This document shows, one piece after another, positions 11,315 to 22,959 of a stretch of 64,000 nt of DNA. Origin of the DNA: Octopus sinensis (lineage: Eukaryota); the NCBI RefSeq assembly GCF_006345805.1, contig NC_042999.1:132246001-132310000 (forward strand), in the 5' to 3' direction. The position numbers and the translations under genes were made by a program. Within the stretch, counting starts at the first letter, position 1. Every line of letters starts with the position of its first letter. The notes beneath the pieces are model-generated. The model worked only from the letters and a program-made list of their open reading frames with translations. It ran no database searches and was not told the DNA's origin.

Positions 11315-12188
11315 CATGGAAAAATGCGAGCAAGAGAAATAATATTCTTAAGATTATGAACCTGGAAAATTATAGGACAAGCTATTACACTTGGAAAAGT
11401 TCAGGACAAATTACATCTGGTAAAGTTCAGAACAAGAAAAATTTTACTTAAAGAATAGCAGCTAAGGATAAAATTTCAAATAAAATATTTAGATTTAGAA
11501 AATATTAGCTTTTATTAAAACTAAAAATTTTATTACAAGTTATTACTTCTCTTTGTTATTGTTACTTCTATTAAAAATTTAAAATAACTCAAAATATTTT
11601 TTGCACTTTAAAAAAATCCATTTTTTAATTATTAATTAATACTTAGAAATCTGAAAATAGGTTATAAAAAATAATATTAGTACATAATTAGTTAGTACAA
11701 TAAATAGAATACTACAAAAATTAGTTACATATTACAGTGAAATCTACCTATAACAACAACTTCCCAGTAAGATTTGCTTGAGTTATAACTCAAGTTATTG
11801 CCAAGTCTTCACATTTTTAGTTTTGACTGAATGCCTATTTTTTTAATAATGAATCTATCTGCCTACCATATATACTATTCTACTTTGCATAAAACATTAG
11901 CTATATAGATACTTCTGGTTCTCGTTTTTAAGTATTCTAGTGCATCAATATTTTAATAAAATGATGGTACCTTTTTAATTATAATGTTACTCTGTAAATT
12001 AAAATCAAATAATTTTTAATATTGAAATTTTATCCTTAGCTGCAATATTTTAAGTAAAAATTTTCTTGTTCTGTACTTTACCAGATGTAATAAGTTGTCC
12101 TGAATTTTTCCAAGTGTAATAACTTGCCTGTAATTTTCCAGGTTTATAATCTTAAGAATATTATTTCTCTTGCTCGCATTTTTCCATG
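11315..12188. mobile_element. Foldback-like MITE with about 165-bp TIRs and a TA TSD
   Basis: TA|CATGGAAAAATGCGAGCAAG...CTTGCTCGCATTTTTCCATG|TA. Arms at 11315-11479 and 12022-12188 contain internal tggaaaa subrepeats. Confidence 0.85.
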
Positions 12189-12565
12189 TAATTGATGTTT
12201 TTTCAGGCTATGCTATTATGCTAATTAATAATGTGTCAAATAGCGGTGTCATTGATAATTTTTTCCTTATCTCAATGACACCAGTGACATATATCAAAAG
12301 TCCACTTTTAGAATTATATTCATAAAAAAGTATAGAACTATAGTATCACCCTCAAATTTGAGAAACAAACACTCACAACTTTTTTCTTTTAAAACTTCAT
12401 AGCATAAGATTGATACCATGAAATTCCTCGAACTGAGCTCAATCATTTAAGTATAAGTAAAATATAGTTTGGTATTAAAATAAAAAGTTAATTATATTTA
12501 AATCCAATATTTTGCCTTATTATTTTTTAAAAAAATATTTTTCCTTAACTTTTTTGATACACACT

Positions 12566-12972
12566 GGATCTTTTCGGTTTGAATGGCAGTTTTTTCTAGC
12601 GGTGTCATATGAAATTGTCACCCATAATTATGACCCTAGTATCGATCTATTGCATTTCAATCTGTTTTAGGGTTAGGGTTAGGGGAAGGGTATCTTTTTT
12701 CTTCAGAAATGTAAATAAACCCAATCTGTTTCTTAAACGAGGGACATATTCATACGGCACAGAATGTTTTCACCTCAATAGACGTCATTGATTGGTTGAA
12801 ATTGCAGAAATTGAAGAAAATACAACAAATATCTAACAAACTATAGAATTTTCTCAATAAAGCCAAGAGAAAAAGATGTTTTATAAACACATTCTACCAG
12901 TATACGAAGTTTAAAAGTGTTTAGTTACGTGGAAATTATTTTAAAAAACTGCCGTTCAAACAGAAAAGATCC
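12566..12972. mobile_element. GG-ended MITE with 8-bp TSD (Merlin-like) and central TTAGGG core
   Basis: About 30-bp TIR GGATCTTTTCGGTTTGAAYGGCAGTTTTTT. TSD tacacact / tacaaact. Near-identical copy at 16120-16546. Confidence 0.85.
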
Positions 12973-13199
12973 TACAAACTTTTGTTGCCTGGGAACAAAA
13001 CTATGGAATTCTTCATGCTTTCTTCTATCATAAATATAATATATTTTGTTTTTAAAATAAAAAAAGTTATTTAGATCGAAACTTGATTGGTGGTGTTACT
13101 GTCCTATAACGTTGCTACAAATTTTGATGTAAACTTTTATCTACTGGATCAAATCTCAATTTTCTTATGCCAAAATATAGCTAGGAATCTTAGCAGATT

Positions 13200-15165
13200 T
13201 CAATTTCGTTAAGAAATGAATTAGCGACAAGCTCTGAAAGGTGCTGCGTATGAGTAAATTAAGAATATTATTTAACTACTACCGTAGTTGAATCATGTGT
13301 GTATGTGTCGTCGATTATCGGCGTATATAGGCATGAAATCTGAGAGAGAAAAAACCTACTGATATTTATTATACATCGAATAGCAGCTATCCTCTTCTCA
13401 CTGTCAGAAATGCAGTGAACAGTGATCAGCCCATTGTAAAACTGTAGCCAACGGCGGCTTTGTTCAGCAATCATGGTATAAAATAGTGAAAGAAAGGATC
13501 AATACATTTTCCTCTCCCCATCTCGCAAAGTATGAAACCTTTGTACTAAATGAAATGAAAGAAATATTTGATTGGGATTATTTTTGCTGTTTCTCTCCGA
13601 TTTCGCCTTCGTCTTCCATCCTCCGGTGTTCAAATAAAATAATGTAACAGCAAAACAAGTTGGAAGGTTGAATCAACTACGTGCCCTCCCTTATGAAATT
13701 TGGTTGTGTTCTCATGGAAAGAAATCAATATCTAAAGCCATAATCGTAATAATAACCTAATTTACTCCGTAGCGAACAATATACGAGCATACAGACTGCG
13801 GATTCATTTTCTCTCGTTGCTTATTTAAACAGTATTTGATATCTGCCATTGTTTTGTGGGGTGAAATATCACCAAATGATATGTATAGTAATGCATAATT
13901 TGGTAACGTTGTGTCTAGATTCACTGGGAAGTAGAGGGTGAATTAATAACAACGTCTAACTCTCGTACAAAGCAACAAAATTTAGAGGAGAGGTATAGTT
14001 AATTTAATCAAACTCAATGTTTGACTTGAAACTGACAGATGAAAGGCAAAGCTGACTCCAGTGGGATATCAACTTAGAACGTAAAAGAGCGTTACTAAAT
14101 ACCACAAAGCATTTAATTTTTCAGTACTCTAATGTTTCTGCTGTTAGAAGTTGTCATAATATAAGCTCCAGAACAATACAGCTATTAGCGAATATTAATG
14201 AATTGCTCTAATTATTTCAGATCTATTGTGCCTATGGTAAGTAGTGAATATTTTAGAATAGGACAAAACATTCGTGTTTAATAGTCATGGTGGCATTAAC
14301 AGCATAAATTTGTCTGGAATCTGTTTTTAATAGAGCTTATCTATAGGAGTTAACTTTTATTGAGAAAGTTAATGATCTGTCTGTGTTCCATCATAGCTAA
14401 GACACATCGTATATCGTCACATATACTGGCGATATTCTCTCCGGTGTCGTACGCCAAAGTTACCTGAATTTCATTTTTTAATACATTTCCTTCGTTTGAT
14501 ACTCAAAGTACCTTGGGAAAAACTGGCTACTAATTTCTAGCTGGTCGAATTCATTCTTAACCTTCTACATATCGCATAGTTTTCATTAACAGTGACCCTT
14601 AGGATAGGGGCAATGTAGTTAATCTCAACAGCATTAGCTGAGAGCTGGATTATTTAGACTGTTATTATAATTGTTATTTTACAAAAAGTCTTTTATACTG
14701 AATACGAGAATGCATGTTTGACAAGAGGAGAAAATGTTATGCTTTTGTGCTTGGTGAGAGATCTTTTACCCTAGGTCAAAACGACAAAACCGCCGGCTAA
14801 TATAATCTCTACTAGTCCTCTTGAATCATCTGTGATGTATTTCCAGCGCATCTTCATTTATAATCATGATTTGGTGAGAAACTACATGGAATTTTCGATT
14901 AATCTTAACACCACGCAAATGCGCCAGAACAGCGATTGGTCGAGATATGGGCTGATTATGATCGTCGCCATATTTATGCTGCAGCCATTTCTTGCTACTG
15001 AACTGATAGGGTTTTAAATGCTGAGGATGAATTGGTTTCAAACAGGGTCCACGGCTATATATTTTGTGGGAAAACTGTAGATGAAATCGCCTCAATCCCT
15101 GTTTGACACATTATCGACCCAGAGGGACAAAGAAAACAATATCACAAGCCTTTCTCACCCTAGGA
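13200..15165. promoter_or_regulatory. Possible unmethylated promoter or gene 5-prime region
   Basis: Largely unique sequence with visibly more CpGs than the flanking old repeats (about 13280-13850 and 14400-15120). Qualitative only; no TSS evidence. Confidence 0.25.
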
Positions 15166-15468
15166 CAGGTATGTCAAACTGCAGAGTTTCTATGGGCCGC
15201 ATTGCTCAAATATATGTTACTATGGAGGCCGCATATTTCTAAAAAACACATTTGCAACAAAGATTTTTGTCATATCAATTCTTTGAGTAAAAATCTTTTT
15301 AAACCTCTTATTTGCTCATCAATAAACCTAATTTTATTGATTAAATTATTATTTTGATTATTGCAAAATTGACGGTAGGTGGGTGGGGGTTTCCCCAACT
15401 TTAAACCTTTAGCTACACCACTCGTGGGTCACACTTGTTTGAAAAGGGCCGCGAATTTAACATGCCTA
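15166..15468. mobile_element. hAT/Charlie-type MITE
   Basis: Termini CAGGTATGTCAAACT and AATTTAACATGCCT(A), with gggccgc subterminal motifs. Flanks ccctagga / ctctagaa match the NTCTAGAN Charlie target consensus. Confidence 0.75.
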
Positions 15469-15635
15469 CTCTAGAATATTCCGTTTTGCTAATATTAGAT
15501 TTATTGAATCGTAGAGGTGGGGTGTTGATTTTTTTTGCCAATGCCCCTCTACTATTCAACAAAATTAATGACATGTTGATTACCTTTAAAAGACTATTTG
15601 CACGTAAATCAGTCCATCAATATAATATGGGATGT

Positions 15636-15830
15636 AAGGCAGCGAGCTGGCAGAATCGTTAGCGCGCCGGGCGAAATGCTTAGCGGAATTCAAATTCTGC
15701 CAAGATCGACTTTGTCTTTCGTCCTTTCGAGGTCGATAAAATAAGTACCAGTTGAGTACTGGAGTCGACACAATCGTCTTACCCTACACGAAATTGCGAG
15801 TCTTGTGCCAAAATTTGAAAACAATATAAT
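15636..15830 (+). mobile_element. SINE family A (young, internally deleted)
   Basis: aaggcagcgagctggcagaatcgttagcgcgccgggcgaaatgcttagcgg with CpGs retained. Confidence 0.85.
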
Positions 15831-15929
15831 ACGGGATGTCAAGGCAACATTTAAAAAAAATTGTTCAGTTTGATTAGATTAAAAAAGTAAATAAAATTAA
15901 AGGGGAGATAAGTAGTAAAAGAAGCAAAG

Positions 15930-16119
15930 GGATGAATCAGTCTCAAAGGAATCGTGGACTGTCATTCAATTAAGAAAAGCTGGAGACAACATTCTTCAGT
16001 GGTTGGCACGGCATCGACTAATTATGAACATGACGTTACTGATGGAAAATTATGGCACTGCAAGCGTTGTAAAAGGAGAAAAATCTGTTCGTCACCGTTC
16101 ATTTTTTGAGAGAAGTAAT
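15930..16119 (+). pseudogene. Merlin/IS1595-like transposase N-terminal relic, interrupted by a MITE
   Basis: Frameshifted peptides ILQWLARHRLI, DGKLWHCKRCKR and KSVRHRSFFERSN, continuing as ILPTY after the MITE. These match the IS1595/Merlin zinc-ribbon motif DG..W.C..C...S.R..SFF..S. Confidence 0.65.
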
Positions 16120-16546
16120 GGATCTTTTCGGTTTGAACAGCAGTTTTTTCTAGCGGTGTCATATGAAATTGTCACCCATAATTATGACCCTAGTATCGAT
16201 CTATTGCATTTCAATCTGTTTTGGGGTTAGGGCTAGTTAGGTTAAGGGTGGGGGGAAGGGTATCTTTTTTTCTTCAGAAATGTAAATAAACCCAATCTGT
16301 TTCTTAAACGAGGGACATATTCATACGGCACGTAATGTTTTCACCTAAATAGACGTCATTGATTGGTTAAAATTGCAGAAATTGAAGAAAGAAAACAGCA
16401 AATATCTTACAAACTATAGAATTTTCTCAATAAAACTAGGAGAAAAAGATGTTTTATAAACACATTCTACCAGTATACGAAGTTTAAAAGTGTTTAGTTA
16501 CGTAGAAGTTATTTTAAAAAAACTGCCGTTCAAACCGAAAAGATCC
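16120..16546. mobile_element. GG-ended MITE with 8-bp TSD (Merlin-like), second copy
   Basis: Same TIRs as 12566-12972. Perfect TSD gaagtaat at 16112-16119 and 16547-16554. Confidence 0.9.
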
Positions 16547-17199
16547 GAAGTAATATTTTGCCGACGTATATGTTGTGTAAAAAGTTGACTTATCTACCCC
16601 GTAATTTTTATTTCCTTTTTTTAATTTAACCAAACTGAACAATTACCAAGTTGAAAATATTTGTGAAAATTAGAGCAATGAAAAGATGCACCGACCGTAC
16701 TCTTACTTCCCTCTTTGTCCTGTCCTCCACCCCCACCCCCGTACTCACAAGATTTTCCAACACCCCATAGGGGTCGCTACTACCCACTTTGAGAAGCATT
16801 TCTCTAGAATAACATGAAAGCAAAATCTTGAAAGCTAGACATGCTAGCTAGGCCTTAGAATCAACACGATGACTCTCATACATACATATGTATATTACGT
16901 GTAAATATATATATTATATATAATATAGATATATAGTCACACACACATACATATATACAACATGCTCACATATCTTGCCCAAACTGTATCTAAAACCTAG
17001 TTCTTTTTGCGATAGTAAATTTAACCGTGAACAGCTGTTGATCCTGTTGAAGTTACAAGTGCGACTTACACAATATTATTTACACACCAGGATGAGTGCT
17101 ATTTGCTACACACAAACATCCTTACACTACATACAAAGAAAATACCATATACCTGATTGGCAAAGATTCATTCAGCAACAAAGCTAAATTTACTGTCCT

Positions 17200-17765
17200 A
17201 CAATTAGGCTCTTTATCACTATTACAATAGCCTTTTCATAAAAATTTCGTAAAATTGAGAGTATAGCTGTATCGTTAACACGTGAGTGTAGCAGTAAATA
17301 TTGTATCTGTAACTCTTATAAAAACAGAGTGGAGCTGTAAATCCCATAAAAATGATGGGCGTTGCTGTTAAATATAAACCCGTAAATGTCATAAAATAGC
17401 GAGTATGGCATTAAATGTTATAAAATTGTGAGTGCAGCTAGGTCATAAATTCGTGAGTGTAGCTTTAAATAGCAAACCATTGTCCCGTTCAACGCTACTG
17501 CCACCTGGTCTTTGAGTGCTTTTAGCAGAGTGTCTTATGTCGTAAGCATTTTGCTTAGGTTTCTGGTTTGTAGATAACATCGAATGCCGTCTGAAAAAGA
17601 AGTAGGGGGTGTCATAGCGGCTGCTTTCTCCCTCAGAGTAAGCTACAATAAATAGATAAATAAAAGAAAAATAACTCGTGAGTGTAACAACAAATGTTAT
17701 AGAAACTCGGGGCGTAACTTTAAATGTCATAAAGTAGTGAGTGTGCGTCACAAATCTGTAAAAGG
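17200..17765. repeat. Degenerate about 30-bp minisatellite with a unique internal segment
   Basis: Recurring aaatgtcataaaa..gtgagtgtagct units. Non-repetitive segment at about 17470-17650. Confidence 0.55.
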
Positions 17766-18639
17766 AAATGACCTACATATTTGAAAAATAAAATTCTTTG
17801 AATGACTCAAAATGAGCTACAAATCTGCAGTCTACCCTCTGCCCACCACATTGTTACCATCTATCTATCCACCTTCTATCGGTTGCTTATCTTCCATCAG
17901 TTTCCCATCATCTTCCAGCTCTCTATCTCCTAGTTATAAATCCTCTCTCTATCGCCAGCTAGTTATAAAACCTCATCATTACCTCCACTTTCAGCCAGTT
18001 AATACCTATCAGCAGCAGATTTCCTTCTAGCCAGTTTCGCATCTCGAACTAGTTACTACCCACCTGCCACTAATTATCCATCAACTATCACACCTACTAT
18101 TATATGTCTGCCCCATGAAAATACCTAAGTTAATATTTCCTCTCGAAGGAATGCTTAAACGTAACATTACATCGAATAGCACGCCTTGCCTGCTTAAATG
18201 CGTGTGTGAGTGAGGCAGTGTGTCTGAGTTAGTGTAGATGCTCAGTGCTGCATGTGTTATGAACGTGCGCTGTAGAGTGTCAGTTCTGTATGCAACATTA
18301 TTACATGGGCCGACTATGTTATTTTTCAACGGGAATACATGTACGTGGGTTTATATGTGTGTGTAAGCGTTCGTAAACATGTAAGCTATATAGTTATGTA
18401 TACGTGTTCGTGTAACGGAGCAAGAGAAAGAGAGAGCAGTGTAGAATGTGAATAGAAGTGAAATAGCTTCTACACATGATTCAACTCGATATAAGATGTG
18501 AGGCAGCAACGGAAGAGGAGAAACAAGGGAATTTGTAAGATGTGAAAAGAGGAGATGGTATGAAGATTTGTAGGCGAATGAGGTGGATGTTTCTACAAGA
18601 TGTGTGTATTTTTTATCATTAAAACATCACACACAAATA

Positions 18640-19095
18640 CATTCTTTACTCATTATTCCTCTCATTCTTACTGGCTCCTTTCTCCATTCGTTATTCCAGC
18701 CTAGGTCCCCTCTTCCCTCACTCTGTTTTTCTAACTACTTTTTAAAAAAATTCTTTCCCCGCCTTCTCTATTTCTCTCTCAGTCATTCTATCTCCTTTGC
18801 CTTCTTATTCTTCTCCACTTTCATCCTCTCCCATTTTCTCGCCCGCTTTTCCTCATTCTTCTCCTCTTACACTTTCCTCGCATTTCTGTCTCTCTCTACC
18901 TTTACCTTTCCATTCCCTTCCTCACCGTTCCACTTTTTCCTTTGATATCACTCATTTTCCCTTTCTTCTTTTCCTCATATTTTCTCTTTACTATTTATTT
19001 ACTTCACAAATCCCTACATTGTATCATATTCCTTTTCGTTTTATATTTTCTCATTTCCCACCATTCTCGTTATCTTTCTTCGTTCTTTCATCGTG
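18640..19095. repeat. Long pyrimidine-rich low-complexity tract
   Basis: C/T-dominated sequence that produces F/S/L-rich spurious ORFs. Confidence 0.7.
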
Positions 19096-20303
19096 TTCTA
19101 TCTAACCCCTACCAGCCCACTACTGTGTATCATCGCTACATTGTAGATAACAATGGTTCCAACAGATGTCACTGTGGTGACTGTAGTAATAGACCGCTCG
19201 ATTGATCGATCGATGGATAGATAGACAAATTGATAAACAGATTCATAGAAAGATAGATAAACAGAGATAGATAGATAGATGGGAAAGAGAGAGATCATTG
19301 AACAGTTCGTTTAAGTTCAATTGCCATAAAAGATTCTCAGTCTGATGTGCCCATACATTCTGTGGGTGTGAGGCGGTGCAGCAGAGGGGTGAGAGATACA
19401 AAGGGAAAGCATATACTCTACTGAAATAGCTTTCCAGAAGAACACTATCAAACATAATTATTCTCTGCCAAGCATGCCATAATGAACTTTATTATTCTGT
19501 ATCAATCATGGTCAGACTGCGACTCATGGTTTTTTTCTGAATGGCGCACCAACGAAAAATGACCTCGAATTTTTATTGTAGTGCAGCCCATCTCATGATG
19601 TGTCAGATCTCTCTCATGAAGCCTGCTTCTAGTAAAAAAGTTGTCCATGCATTTATACATGTTCTACATATATAGAGTCAGCTGTGTGGTAAGATGCTTG
19701 CTTCCCAACTACATGGTTCCTTGGGCTGAACAAAGTGTTGTGAGTGGATTTGGTTGTTGGAAACTGAAAGATGCTTGTCATATATATATACTAGCCTTGA
19801 TGCTGCCCTTCGGGCACCATTCACTTTCTGTCCAGAGAGAAGCTTTGAGGCCCTCAGCCCCATTATCAGACCATTTCGTGGCACTTGACCCTTGTGTGGT
19901 GAAACTTATTTCTGCAAATTTTCTAAGCACTGATGCTGATTATAGTTTAATCAATGAGCATAGGAGCAAGGTAAAAGCAGTAAAAATAGTGGGATCAGTG
20001 GCATCCCATTTAAGTGGCCCTTCAGAAATTGAATGTCCTTACAATGCTCCCTGAGAATTCATGGTATGAAATTCATTGTCATTGCTCTGTTTTGGTTGGC
20101 AATGCCATGTATTTAGTTTTAAAATGCAGTAAAAATAGGGGTATCAGTGGAGCCCCAGTTAGGTGGCCCTTAAAAAAAAACCTCTTGGGAAATTACATGG
20201 GATTAGGGGAGTTGCTGATTTGAGTTGTCCTTTCGCCAATGGTCTTCAAGAAGTTAATGAACATAAAAAAGTAATGAACAGAAAAACTTTACTCAAATTT
20301 ATA

Positions 20304-20309
20304 TTAAGA

Positions 20310-20380
<71 letters not shown>

Positions 20381-20400
20381 ATTATATATATATATACATA
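20304..20400. repeat. (TA)n microsatellite
   Basis: Direct observation. Confidence 0.95.
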
Positions 20401-20779
20401 TATGTACAATTTAAATATAGGATAAAATCTTTATAAGGATTTATCAAGTAGTTAGCGTGAAAAACCTCATAAATTAATAAATTTTTCCCTATAAATATAT
20501 TTATTTATATTAAGGGCATTAACTATACATAAATGCCTCATGCTAGGAGGGACTCTTAAAGTCAAAATTACTATAATAATCACATTGTACTGAATGCGAG
20601 GGAATGCAACTCTCGAAGTGAGCCTCCTAAAAGCAGACTCAGCTGCATATCATATGATTTCGTAATTAGTGCACAAAATGCACTTTTCACTTGTCAGTGC
20701 AAGCATAGTCAAGACATAAAAAAATAAACAAAAATCAACAATGTGGTTATTATAGTAGTTTTGACATGAACAAAGAAAA

Positions 20780-20935
20780 AACACGAGGACGTGGAATAAG
20801 TATAGTGTTATTGGATACTCAGGAAAGGAAAGAAAGAAGGAAGATTTCATGTTTCAAGCAGAGTTCTTCGTCAGAAATATAGAAAAGAGAAAAAGTCCAA
20901 AGAAGAGAAGACAGAGAAAGTAAATCGCCAACAAT

Positions 20936-20989
<54 letters not shown>

Positions 20990-21190
20990 GTGTGTGTGAG
21001 ACCACATGTGTATCATTGGTGATTTTCTTTCTCCGTCTTCCCTTCCTTGGACCTTTCCTTTTTCTGTTTGTGATGAAGAGCTCTGCTCGAAACGTTAAAT
21101 CCTCCTTCTTTCTTTCCTTTCCTGAGTGTCCAATAACACTATACTTGTTCCATGTCCTCGCATTGTTATGTTATCTCTTTGTTCATGTTT
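20780..21190. mobile_element. Inverted pair of Penelope-like pseudo-LTR remnants around a CA/TA/TG microsatellite
   Basis: 20780-20935 is the reverse complement of about 21008-21165 (gaagagctctgctcgaaacg..cctgagtgtccaataacactatactt). Confidence 0.75.
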
Positions 21191-21230
21191 AGATTTACTA
21201 TATATATATATATATATATATATACGTAAA

Positions 21231-21452
21231 CAATTGCAGCGTGGAAGGTGTTTGTAAGCCATTTAAGAAACACACAAAAGCCGTTCGATTCACTTCAACA
21301 TTTAAGTTTAATTTGTCAAAATATTTTCGTCGCTTTAAGACCGCGACCTGTTCACTGACATAAATCCGTGCTGCATCTGAAATGTTGAAGTGAATCGAAC
21401 GGCTTTTGTGTGTTTCTTAAATGGCTTACAAACACCTTCCACACTGCAATTG
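21231..21452. repeat. Near-perfect 73-bp inverted repeat (Penelope-like)
   Basis: Arms at 21231-21303 and 21380-21452 differ by one base, with a 76-nt loop. Confidence 0.9.
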
Positions 21453-21620
21453 CTTTCGTTTCAGCACACAATCTCAGATCAAATCACTTGCTATGCAAGT
21501 ACATCTCCGTATATATACATATATATATGTATATATATATATATACCGGAGTAAACACATAAATGTGAAACAAGGTGGAAAAAGAGTACTCAAATACCAG
21601 TGGTAGAGTACACATATATA

Positions 21621-21664
<44 letters not shown>

Positions 21665-21687
21665 ATATGTATATATGTATATATGTA

Positions 21688-21740
<53 letters not shown>

Positions 21741-21954
21741 CGTATCTCTCTGACTTCATACATCAGCAAAGTCATGTAACGGATAGTAAGAGAGAAACTA
21801 ATCGCATTCTTTGAAGAAAATAACTTGGCTTTCAACCAGGTAGGAGCTGTCTGACCCAGCTCTTACAACATTATGACTGGGTGTTGAGGCAGTTACTCAA
21901 CAATTCAAATGTGCATGTAATATACCTTGATTTTTCAAAAGCTTTTGGCAAGGA

Positions 21955-22127
21955 CTAAATGAATTCATCAACCCCAGTGTTTCACTGGTCCTTAATTTAT
22001 TGATTCCAAAAGGATGAAAGGCAAAGTCGACCTCAGCAGAATTTGAACTCAGAACATAGCAACAGGTGAAATACTGCTAAGCATTTCATCCAGTGTGCTG
22101 ACAATTCTGCCAGTTTGCTGCATTTTA

Positions 22128-22166
<39 letters not shown>

Positions 22167-22385
22167 CCTTTCTACTAAAGACACAAGGCCTGAAATTTGT
22201 GGGGAGGAGACTAGTTGATTACATTAACCCCAGTGTTTCACTGGTACTTTATTTGTCGACCTCGAAAGGATGAAAGGCAAAGTTGACCTTGGCAGAATTT
22301 GAACTCAGTGCATGAAGATGGACGAAATGCTGCTAAGCATTTTTCCCAGTGTGCTAATTATTCTGCCAGTTCACTGCCTTCATTG
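21955..22385 (-). mobile_element. Two tandem family A SINEs with an (AAT)n run between them
   Basis: Two reverse-complement family A cores. Confidence 0.8.
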
Positions 22386-22959
22386 CTTGCTTAATAATAA
22401 TAGGTCAAAAGATTTTGCTATATTTCTATAAATTTCTCACTGACACTTTCATCTCCATTTTTTTTCTTTTTACACTTAATAGTATATAATATATTTGAAA
22501 AAGAAAGAAAAAACAAACACAACTGAAGATAATGATGTTCGTGAATATAACAATACATTTTAAAATGGCTATCACATCTCTTTTATATATTTCAATACAC
22601 TTAGCCAGATCAAGCTACTGGTCAAACAAGTACATCACAAATATAATAATTGTTATTCACTCTAGCATATTAAACAACCACGAGCCTTCATTTTCTATGT
22701 AACACTCACTCACACATGCACATGCACACACACACACACACACATCATATATACATATGATATGTGAATCTATATACATTTAATTTTTTTTGTCTCTCTC
22801 TCTCTTTCCTACTCCTTATAATACATGTTCTATGAATTTTATCACTTTCACCATTTCACTCCTATCAGACAGCAATAAGAAATAAAAGCATGCAAAGATA
22901 AGCATCAAATTTCTTGTCTTCCTATTGAAGTAAGGCTTAGATTTGAAACCGCATTAGTT

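Noticed and set aside
15081-15168. First coding exon MKSPQSLFDTL.. with donor CAG|gtatgt
   Set aside because: The donor is the left TIR of the hAT MITE starting at 15166.
18583-19105. ORFs of 100-120 aa rich in F, S and L
   Set aside because: Translations of a pyrimidine-rich low-complexity tract.
21484-21835. YIYI-repeat ORFs
   Set aside because: (TA)n microsatellite translations. The same applies to ORFs at 20163, 33713-34268, 41349, 49228, 53271 and 61456-61834.
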